A stretch of 64,000 bases of DNA from Vicugna vicugna. Its lineage: Eukaryota. Location: contig MU058287.1 in assembly GCA_013265495.1 (NCBI GenBank), positions 248,001-312,000 on the forward strand. The letters are read 5' to 3'. The notes under the pieces are model-generated. The model was given only the letters and a program-made list of their open reading frames with translations, searched no databases and had not been told where the DNA came from. Position 1 is the first letter of the stretch. The number at the start of each line of letters is the position of its first letter. Positions 39,230-49,769 of the stretch are shown piece after piece. Both the position numbers and the translations under genes were made by a program.

Positions 39230-40330
39230 CCTTTATTCAGTTAATCATTCAACAAGGAATTATTGAGTGTATCCTACGTGCCACACACTGCTCCAAGGGT
39301 CACAGATTCTAGCAATGAACGTCACAGCTAAAAATGCCTGTGCTCACTGGATGGACAATAAGCAGACAAGTAAAAATAAATATAACATATTAAATGGCTG
39401 GGAGTAAAATAAAGGGGTAGAGAATGGAGAGTTTCAGGACAAGGGTTACAATTTTTAGATGCAGTAGCCCGAGAAGCTTTCACAGAGAAGGTAACATCTG
39501 AGTGAAAACCCCAAAGACACAAGGGAGCCGTGGGGAAACTGTGGGGAAGACGGGAGTAGGAAGGAATGTTCCAGGCATGGGAACAAACACAGAGCACTTT
39601 GTGTGCTCGAGAAATAGCACAGAGTCGGTGTGGCCAGAGTGGAGTGAGCGAGGGGGAGATTAGTAGGAGGCAAGTCGGGAAAGTGTCCAGCAAGCTTAGG
39701 CAGAGCCTTGAAGAACCATCCAAGTACTCTTGCTTTTACTCTTACGGTGAGAGAGAAAGCAAGAGCTTTGAGCCAAGTGGTGGCAAGACCTGACTTTAAT
39801 CCAGATCAACCTGGATGCTCCGATGAGAATGGGCTCTAGGATAAACTGCAGCCAAGGAAAAAGCAGACTTAGGAAGTGATTGCAATGGTGCCAGTGAAAG
39901 GTGTTGATGGCTTGAGCCCAGAGGGCACTGGTGGCGATGGTGAGAAGTAGATATTTGGGGTATATATGGAAAGTAGAGCCAATAGGATCCAAGGATGGAT
40001 TGGATATAGATTTTGAGAAAAAGAAAAGTCAAGAATGACCCCACTTTTTTCAGTCCCAAGCCACTGCTGGAGTAATATAGCAGTCATTGATTTGAGAAGT
40101 GAAGGATATGGGAGACCTATGTTTGCTATTGGATGACAGAAGGAGGGGACAGATTAAGGAATTAAGGAATTAAGATGCAGGGATGATAAGGACATCATGG
40201 AAATGTTAGCTTGGAGATGCATCCTCCAGGGGAAGATGTGCAGTGGGCAACTGAGATCAGGAGAGGCCAGGGCTGGAGACAGGAATTTAGGAGCCCTGTA
40301 CAGATAGATGGGATGTGGTTATGGTCATTA
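39230..40330 (-). mobile_element. L2 LINE relic
   Basis: tcattcaacaaggaattattgagtg...tgttccaggcatgggaaca...gatatttggggtatatatggaaagtagagcca. Confidence 0.8.
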
Positions 40331-41021
40331 TACTTATTCAGTATATTAGGATGAGTCCAGCCAGACCAAAAGTACATTGCAAACAACGTCTGAGGAGTAG
40401 CGGCCTGGCATTGGAGACATTACCAAAAGCTGCAAATGAAAATTTTGTTCCACCAGAAGCAAGGAGAATACCAGGAACAAGTATGAAAAATATAGCTAGC
40501 ATTCATAATATGAATTGCTCCAAATTTACCTAATTGGGGAAACAAGTTTTCAGTGAGTCAGATTATAACTTTATATGTTAATTTGCAAAAATCAATTATA
40601 GCCCTATGGTATTACATTTTGGGGGATCTTGTGTATCGTCTTGATAGAAATTAATAAGCCGCTTGATAGGCACACAACACCTCCTTACACTAGTTAAGAG
40701 GCAATTAGGAAAATAAAACTGCCTCTAATTCATGGACAAACAAAATATGATGCATGAGAACCCCATAGGGTAGTTCAAACAATTTAATTTCTGCTGATCC
40801 TCACAAATGCTTCTGCTTTTAAAAAACATATATGTTGACTAGCTTGGCTTCCTCTTTTGCTAAAAATCTTTTAGTCTGGACAGTTATTCAGGCTGACCTG
40901 GGTGGGTCTAATGAGCATCTCTTCCCTCTAAGGCAGTGATTCTCAACCTTTCTTTCATTACTGATTCCTCCCATCAAGGAAGCTTACTAGTTTTTTTTTT
41001 TTCCCAAATCCACCCCATAAA

Positions 41022-41560
41022 ATTTTTTATTGTGGTAAAATACACATAACACAATATTATTATTTTAACCGTTTGTAACTGTATAATTCAGTGTCATTGA
41101 ATACATTCAAGATATGTTATATAACCATCACCACTATCTATGCTCAAAATATTTTCAATTTCCCCAACTTAAATTCTGTACCTGATATATAATCATTCCC
41201 TATTCCCCATGCCTCCCAGCCCCTGGTAACCTCTATTATACTTTCTGTCTCTCTGAATTTGCCTTTACTAGTATCTCATACAAATGGAATCATGTGATAT
41301 TTGTCCTTCCGTGTCTGGCTTATTTCACTTAGCATTATGTTTTCAAGGTTCATCCATGTTGTAGCATATGTCAAAATTTCATTCCCCTTGTGACTGAATA
41401 ATATTTCATTGAATGTGTATGCAACATTCTGATCATTCATTCATCTGCTGATGGAGGTTTGGGATATTTCTACCATTTGGCCACCATTTGGAGTCACAAT
41501 GCTATGAACAAACATCTGTGTCCCTGCTTTCCATGCTTTTAGATATATACATAGGAATAG
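41022..41560 (-). mobile_element. L1 (L1MB-like) 3' fragment
   Basis: ttattgtggtaaaatacacataac...ttttcaaggttcatccatgttgtagcat. Confidence 0.88.
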
Positions 41561-42156
41561 GCCTAAGACCTTTTAATACCACAGATAAACTGTGTATCTG
41601 TTCAAGTTCTGTGTATATATGTGTCTCTACTTTATACGTAAAAAGAGGAGGACTTCTTCGCCACCCTCCCTGAACCAACTTTTACTTCCTCGAGAGGGGA
41701 GTGATCCCACCGTCATCAAGACTGCAAGTTCCAACATAAAGGCAGGTCTCTTGCCTCAGACAAGGTCTACGTGTAGGTAATATACACCTAGATAAACTGC
41801 TCAAAGAGGGGTGAAGCCGTGGATGAGAAAGAAAATGACCCCAAAACATGTAAGTGTTTAAAGTAGTTCTTATTTCCCCATGCAACAGTTATTTGTCATT
41901 TACTTAGTCTTCAAAATTGACAACAGTTGATAAAGTAATGAACCCAAGAATGTTTTGGAAACTAGCTCTCAGTAGTTGTATCAGGACCAAACCAATGAAA
42001 CAAATATTCTAACTAAACTTTGGAAAACAGTGGAGATGAATGATGTATTCCCACTGAGTCTGAACTACTTCCAGAACACAAATAGAATAATTACAAGCAA
42101 AGGTTATGTAAAACGGGGTGGGGGGGGGGATAAGGAAACAAAAAGTGATCCAAAGA

Positions 42157-42269
42157 NNNNNNNNNNNNNNNNNNNNNNNNNNNNNNNNNNNNNNNNNNNN
42201 NNNNNNNNNNNNNNNNNNNNNNNNNNNNNNNNNNNNNNNNNNNNNNNNNNNNNNNNNNNNNNNNNNNNN
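42157..42269. other. Assembly gap (113 N)
   Basis: Run of n. Confidence 1.
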
Positions 42270-42559
42270 ATAGAATAATTACAAAGCAAAGGTTATGTAA
42301 AAGGGGTGGGGGGGGGGGATAAGGAAACAAAAAGTGATCCAAAGATCAGGTTGTGGGAAGCCGGGTGTCAGCGAGGTTACTGGATGGTTCTGTTAGCATG
42401 TGGGAGACAGAGTGGTACCTAGTTGGAAGGCAGTATGGCAAGGTTCCTGGAACATTCTCACCTGGGTTTTCTGATAGTGTGGTTGCCTAATGCTGAATTG
42501 TGTCACTACGTAAAGAAGAGATTAAGAAGACTGCACAACAGTATTAGAAAAACAAGAGT

Positions 42560-42905
42560 TTCAAATACTCAACCAGACCCGTCAAGTGTCAGGAGAGATA
42601 AGGAGACAATGAGGACCTGCCAGACTGGAGGAGACTAAAGAGCCATGACCGCTAAATACAAGACGGGATCCTGGACCAGATAAAGGACAGACAGTAAAGG
42701 GAAGATGGGGGGATTCCAAATCAAATCTGCAGTTCAGTTAGTAGCACTGTACCATGTTAACTGCTTTGTTTTAGCAATTGTACCACGATTGTACAAGATG
42801 TTAACATGCAGGGAAGCTGAGTATAGGGCACACTGGGACTCTTGATACCATATTTGCAACTCTCCTGTGAGTCTAAAGTTATTTTAGAATAAAAAGTAAA
42901 AGAAA
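42560..42905 (+). mobile_element. L1 (L1MC-like) 3' end
   Basis: ggaggagactaaagagccatgaccgctaaatacaagacgggatcctggacc...ttgcaactctcctgtgagtctaaagttattt. Confidence 0.8.
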
Positions 42906-43081
42906 ACAAACAAACAACAACTACAACAAAGTATCTGGTAGCTCCTGAGTATCAGAGACAAACTGTTACTGGCATTGCTGAAGAATGCTTGGAGTAGGGG
43001 TTCTGTATTTGCAATTATCAGCAGCTTTGAAATCTGACATGGGAGTAACTCTTCTTTGTCTTCTTTCCAATTCCATTGTAG

Positions 43082-43245
43082 GGTGTGTTGGGTGCATCAT
43101 GTAACTGGGATGTGGGTGTACCCTTTCCTGGAACACATTGGCCCAGGAGCCAGAATCATCTTCTTTGGGTCTACAACCATCTTAATGAACTTTTTGTACC
43201 TGCTAGGAGAAGTTCTGAACAGCTATATCTGGGACACACAGAGAA
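43082..43245 (+). CDS. AIG1: AIG1 penultimate coding exon (164 bp), (W)[54 protein letters not shown]
   Basis: Polypyrimidine tract and tag|G acceptor; AGAA|gtaag donor. Phase joins exactly to the previous exon (TG+G = Trp). Lies within ORF 43056..43382 and matches recalled AIG1 transmembrane sequence. Confidence 0.97.
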
Positions 43246-45807
43246 GTAAGTATTGTTTGGGGGAGCATAAAACAAGAGAACTGCTGTCTACAAGAGTGTG
43301 TGCAGGGACTGAAGGAAAATTCCACTGGAGCACAGGCTCCCTTATGAAGAGTTTCACTTTTATAACTACAATATTAATTTAAGGGCTGTTGGCGGTTACC
43401 TGAGAGGTTTATTACTCACTTTGTCATATTAGCTAGTAAAACATCCAAATCTAAGAGAAAAGAATCGTGTCTGTAAAATTTTATAGGGAGCAATGTTGTT
43501 AACAAGAAAAACAATTTAGAAAGTTTCACTTTAATTAACAAAATACTGCCTTCACTAAAGGGACCCCTGATTAAATAGATAAATTATTAAATGTAACCAT
43601 TCTCATTAGAAATCACCCACTTTTTGCGTCATCCTTTGTGTGGGTGCTGCCCAAGAGGTCTTGCCCCCATTCTGCTAGAACTCCAAGCAGCACAGAATGC
43701 CTCTGGCAACTGTGACTCAGCAATGACTGTCATATTCAAGAGCTGAAGGTGGCAAAGAGGTACAGGCAGTAAAGGGTAGTACTTCATTGCTGCAAAAACT
43801 CTCTTAACCTATGAGTTGATTTCTCTTTTGCTTCTATTTACGGTGGAGCCTCCATCTTGGCAAGGCACGTAATCTTACCCAGGCTGTGCAAAACCTGTCC
43901 AAAGTGTATGTAAGATAACATAAAAATGGGAAGGTGGAAAAAGCAACAGCCCGGATACGTAGCGATTTGAGTCCTGCCTGAAAACATCCAAAGGCAAGAT
44001 GGTGTGAGGATTTTAGAGAGCTCTTGGCATCTCCTCCAACACAATCACAACACTGTGGACGTCACCAGTAAACGGTCTCTGTTCCACAAACACTGAGCAC
44101 CCTACTCTGGGCCAGAAACTGCCAGGAAGTTGATCTAATTAGACAAATAAAACAGTCATCGCAGGTTACTGAATTGGACTTTTTCTGTGTGTGTATATCT
44201 TCTAAGATCGTATGCGTCGAGGTGCTAGCCAATGTTAAATGGCCCAGAGGAAGCTGAGAGTTTCCTTTCTCAGCATCTGGCTTGATTTTAAATAGTGGTC
44301 TATTAAAAAAAGTGTTAAATATTTTCATTCAGTGTGGGGGACCAGAAATTAACCTTTTAACACTTTTCCTCTCTGTTCATGGGGAATCATAATCTTCCTC
44401 TATTCATTAACTTATAAAAGCATGTAGTTAAATTACAAAAATATTTTGAGAACAAAATGTGGACTTTTCTTAGTTTCGTGGGAGGAAGGCCATATTTAAA
44501 TATATGCGAATGTGTCCAATACATGCCCTTCAGGGAGTACTTGTGACTGCCTGTTCTCCCTCAGTTAGCTCGATTCCGACTTTCATTTGGCCATTGTTTT
44601 GCTACTTCTAAGAGAAGATGACCTGAAAACCAGGAGAGAAAAAAATCCAATCAACATCAATTGCATCCTGCTTTTTAGCAGCTTTGAGATAGAAGTTGAA
44701 AATGAATAGTGAAGCTAAGTTTTTTTTTAATGACCTGTCCCATGAATCCATGCCATTCTCTCAAGTAACATGGGTTAAGGCTGACTAACATTTTGTAGCT
44801 CATTTCAGATGTAGAGATTAACCTTATCGACATGGTACCACCATCTAGTTAATTCTACCCAGAGGCAGATATTTTGTATCAAGGCGGCATCTTTTTTGTT
44901 TGCGAGAGGCATTGCAAACTGATGGCCTCCTTCAAATTTTACCCGCCAAGAAAGTTTTATTAGGCCTACACAGGATTTTTTGGTTTTGAACCAATATTTT
45001 AAAATTGAGAGATTTCACATAAAGGCCAGATTTCTCATATAATCAAGTATTTTAAGATCTGGCAACACCAAGCCCACTGTTCTCTTCTGGCAACAACGGA
45101 TTAGGAGTATCAGCTGCCCCCTTTTAGGTGGTACTTTAATTTTCCCTAGTTCTCAGCTGTCCACTTTGTCCCTCATGGCAGCTGCCTGGTTCTGTAGGTA
45201 GTTGCGTTTGAAACTCTTGATTAAAAGCAGGGTGTGTGTGTGTGCATGTGTGTGTGTGTTAGAATGAACTGAATACAATCAAGTGCAGTGTTAAAATCCT
45301 GACTACGTTTACTGCATCCCCAACAAACTCCCCAAGGAGCAGGAGTAACCACCCTTGAGCCCCCTCCTTGTGTCCACCATGGCTTTCTAATGGCTCAGCT
45401 TCCTCCACTTGGTCATGTTGGCTTCAACATCAAGATAAAAATCACACTATTAAAATCAAAAATTAAATTAGAAATCATCTAAGCCAATCTTTTTTTTTTT
45501 TAAACTAAGAGCCAAGTGAGGCCCAGAAATCTTAAGTGACCCAACAAAGTAGATGGCTGCAGAGCCCACACCTTCTGACTGATGTTCAGTCCAGTGTTAT
45601 TTCCAGTGAACCATCAGAATGTCACCATCGGAAACCCAGACACACGAGAGCTCAGAAACTTCACTCAGAATCATGGATCCACTTTTGTTAAGTAACAAAA
45701 TCAACTGCCCTGATAAGAACCATGAACAAAATTCCTTAAAGTAGGCTAAATTAACAAGGAAGCATTTGCTCTTCTTAAAAGAAAGTAACTCAAGGTGACT
45801 TTGTGGA

Positions 45808-46951
45808 TGTCCTGTTGGTTTTCTAGGGCAGGTACCACAGAGGACCACAAACTAGGCAGCTTAAATGATAGAAATGTAATGTCCCACAGTTCCAGAGGCC
45901 CGAAGTCCAAAATCAAGGTATTGGCAGGATTGGTTCCTTCTGAAGACTGTGAGGCAGGGATCTGCTCCAGGGCCTCTCCTTGGCTTGTATATGGCTGACT
46001 TCACATTCACATGGCCTTCTCCTCTATGTGTGAGGCTGTCTCCAAATGTCCCTTTTAATACAAAGATGTTGGCCATGTTCAGTTAGGGCCCACCCTGATG
46101 ACTTCATTTTAATTTGGTAAAGACCGTATCTCCAAATACAATTGCATTCTGAGGTCCTAATGGTTAGGTTTGGGAGACACGGTTCAGCCCATGACATTCT
46201 GCCTTTTGCCCACCCCATCCCCCAGTTCATGTCTTTCATTCATACGAAATACATTCCCAACATCCCCCGAAGTATTTCAGCCATCAACCCTTAAGTCCAA
46301 AATCTCATCTTAACTATCATCTAAGTCAGGTATAGGTAAGACTCAGGGTACGATTCATCCTGAAGCAAAATTGCTCTCCAGTTGTGAACCTGTGAAACCA
46401 GACAGAAATGATCTACTTCCAAAACAATGGTGGAACAGGCATAGAATATATATCCCGTTTCCAAAAAGGAGAATCAGGGAAGAAGGGGGTCCCAGTTCTC
46501 AACCAAGTTTGAAAGCTAGCAGGGCAAATTCCATTTGAGTTTAAGGCTTGAGAATAATCCTCTTTGGCTAAATGCTGTATCCTCAGGCCTCACTGGGAGG
46601 GGGTGCGGCCCCGCCCTCTGGGTGCTGGGGGCAGCCCTCTGGAGCCAAGGAGGAGCCAGCCTCTGAACCACCTTCTGGGTCATTCTTCCTTCATTTCGTC
46701 CTGTCTCTGTCCCTTTCAGTCCAGCCTTGCAGGGCTTCTGCTGGTACAGAATTCTCCCGTGCAGTTCATGGGAGTCCAAATCATCAGACAGATCTTTCCC
46801 AGCTTCTGCTGAGATGGTTAATTGGATCTGTGAGTCACATGCCTTTAGCAAACTGTTGTCCAGACACACCCGTGGCCTTCTCTCACATTCTGAGGTCCTG
46901 GGTGTTAGGACTTCAACACATGAATTTGAGGGGGACAATTCAGCCTACAAT
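45808..46951 (-). mobile_element. MaLR (MLT1) LTR plus internal-region fragment plus a partial second LTR
   Basis: Complete antisense LTR 45808-46196, MLT-int-like sequence 46197-~46880, then an LTR terminus (cacattctgaggtcctggg...gggggacaattcagcc). Confidence 0.75.
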
Positions 46952-48912
46952 AGCTAAAATATTCTGTGCTTAAGCTAAAAATGTATTCCAACTCCAGTGT
47001 GTCTGGTTAGGGTGACCAGTCATATTAAGGTCAAACTTTATACAACCAGAAATGAAAGTGTCCAAAAGTGAAAGCTTTGGGGTGAGGGTGGAGAGAGCAG
47101 GCAAAAGAGAGAAAGGAGAGGAGAGGGGAGCCAGGCCCGGGTGACAGAAACCTCCACCTTCCTCCCCCCGCCCCCAGTGCCCCACCCAGCTCATACCCCA
47201 CCCAGGCCCAAGGGGGTCCAGCGCGGCCCCCTGGCTGAGCCCCTCTCCCAGCCTGGGGGAACCACATGTGACTGACCCTTCCTCCACGTTCCTGAAAGAA
47301 CATCCTGCCTCAGCTTTGCGACAGGTTTTCTTCCGCTAGTTGTGTGGAAATTATACCTCTGGTTCTTCCAAATATTTACAGCTGTCTAATTTTTTCCCTG
47401 CACCTCAAAGCTGCCAAGCTCAAGTAGGTGGGGAGCCACTCTCCCTGTCTGGGTCAGAGAATGCCCCCTGTTCTCCACCCCCGCTTTTGAAGATTCCACT
47501 ATGGCTGCCAACTCAACCCATCTGCAGGAGAACACTTAGGGCGAAAGAGACTTCAAAAAGAAAAGCAAGCGGTTATTAACTTCTCCACAGGAGAGGGAAC
47601 ACGGGACAGAGTTGGGACCCAAGTCATGTGTGCTGTTTGAACGGAATCTGTGTTGTGTTTTTCTGCCTTTGCCTTGGTTACCCAACAGCTAAGCCATCTC
47701 CTGCCTTCTCCCCCCCAACCCTGGTCCTCCTCCCTTCAGATGTCCTTACTCTCCAACTTGAAGTTTTCCTTAATATGATTTCTGAGAAGTACTTTGGAAA
47801 AAGTGTAGCTGATCTCTGCCAGTTCCTTAGTCATGAAAACCAAACGTAAAAGACTGTCTAAGGACACCTGTTCTGAGCATTTTACCCACATTCCTCTGCC
47901 ACCACCCTGACCGCACCAAACACATAATGCTGGGGGCGGGGAGCTGGGGGAAGGAGTCGGGGTGACTCTTCTCTTGCAAGCCCATCAGAATTATGTGCCA
48001 TGTTTGGTTCTACTGCTTCCCCACTAATTTAGTGTTCTCTGTTTTCACTGTTTATTAGCTTATTCCGTAAAGATTAATTGAGCTCCTGCTATGAGACAGA
48101 CACTGTGCTGGGTGCTGGGGATATAACCAGGAACAGAGTAGTTGAGGGCTCTGCCCTCTGAAAGCTTGCAACTTACAAGAGGATACAAACAAAACCTGCA
48201 ATGCAATATTTGGGGTTCTTTTGTTCCAGCAGAAAGGCTCCGAGAACTTGGTGTTAGAAAAATGTTTCAGTAGAAACGAAAGAAAAAAGAAGTGGGGAGC
48301 GTCTGCCAGATTTAACTTTAATTTATAAGAATGACTTAAACATTTTCGTCTCCAGGAAAATGAAATACCACAGAGTATTCACTGCAGACAACGGGCAGAA
48401 AGGTCTTACCAGTCCGGTACCTGAGTCTCTCAGGAAGGAAAGCATAGCACTACTGGGCTTGGGTCGAATAGAGGGAGAACTTGAGTTTAAGTACACTGTG
48501 GGCATGGAAGTAAATAGCTCTTGTGGCTAATAAGCTCTTTATGAGCCTTAAAAACAAAACAAAGATTTGACTTTTGAAAATCCAGAGTCCTTGCCTTGGG
48601 AAGGGACAGGAGTAAAATAAAAATAAATGAGGCCTCTTTGAAACTCAGCCAACTCCACACCTCCTATTGCTGGAAGCTGGTTACAAAGCAGTCTGGTTGG
48701 GATTTCTGTGCAAACTAAATGAATCAAGAACTAACTTGCTTCCCTGGCCCCCAGAGGCCATGAGAGCTGGGTGTGTCTCAGAGACGTTCTGTCCTGATTT
48801 GGGGGGAGGGGTGGAGAGAGAGGTCACTGAGGAAGTTTATGGAGGTTTTAAAGCCGCATTGGTTCCTAGTTTAACCTGATGTGCAAATAAAGTACTTTGC
48901 CTGTATTTCTAG

Positions 48913-48950
48913 GTTTGGAAGAAGAGAAAGAGAAGCCTAAGTTGGAATGA
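48913..48950 (+). CDS. AIG1: AIG1 terminal coding exon, (S)LEEEKEKPKLE*
   Basis: ctgtatttctag|GT acceptor; phase joins the prior exon (A+GT = Ser); TGA at 48948-48950. Matches the recalled human C-terminus SMEEEKEKPKLE. Confidence 0.95.
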
Positions 48951-49590
48951 GATCTAAACCAAAACAGAAGAGCAGGATGGAGCCGCCATTGAAGACTCGA
49001 TACCCCCTGGGTATTGGTGCGAAGCCGAGTAAACTACCTCCACCTCCCTGCCCCTGGGGAGGGGGGGCACCTTTACAGAGAAATATATATAAGAATAGAA
49101 TACAGATGTTTCCAAAATTTAACTTGCCCTTAATTGTGTTTTAAAGAATTCTTTCCAAATTCATTATTGATAATAGCATCTCTTTTTTTTTGACTCTTCC
49201 AATTTTTAAAGCCAAAAATTAATCATTGGATTTTACTTTGTGCAATAATAATGCCATTTAATCAAGGAAAAATAAAATTCTATTGTGTTTCTTGTTGAGA
49301 AATATGTGAAAATCAAAGGGGCAGATATAAAGAAGGCATTCGTGTATTTATTTAGTCCTACAGGTGGCTGGAATAATGAACCAGAGCCACAGAATAAGTC
49401 TGGAGGAAACGAATGGATGTTCCCTATTGCAATAATGTCACAGTTTTTGCCTCAAACAGGCAATATCACTAATAATTACATTGATTTAGTCAAAACCCTA
49501 AGTGTATTTGGATCTTATGATTTAATCTTGTGAAACTTTTCTTAGATGCGAACTGTAACTTTAATAAAGACAAAGTAACCACTAACCTGA
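48951..49590 (+). other. AIG1: AIG1 3'UTR (end approximate)
   Basis: Repeat-free sequence after the stop codon, with AATAAA at 49271-49276 and 49563-49568; decayed L1 begins ~49770. Confidence 0.7.
49563..49568 (+). terminator. Probable main polyadenylation signal of AIG1 (AATAAA)
   Basis: Canonical hexamer ~610 nt after the stop, followed by GU/U-rich sequence. A proximal AATAAA lies at 49271. Confidence 0.6.
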
Positions 49591-49769
49591 TGTCTGCATG
49601 GTGCATCTCGAAACTCTAAAAACACTCATGTCTCCTTTCTTGTATTGTTTCTATTACTTGTTGAAAATGGGCTTCCTAAGCCTGATTCTAGTGATTTTTT
49701 TTTATTTTAAAAATATTTATCTTTTTGAAAAATCCAAAAGAATAATTTTGTTGGGAAAAAAGCTAGCTT

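Noticed and set aside
43246..43382. Open read-through of 45 codons beyond the exon donor
   Set aside because: A strong AA|gtaagt donor and a perfect phase match to the terminal exon; nothing in the sequence supports intron retention.
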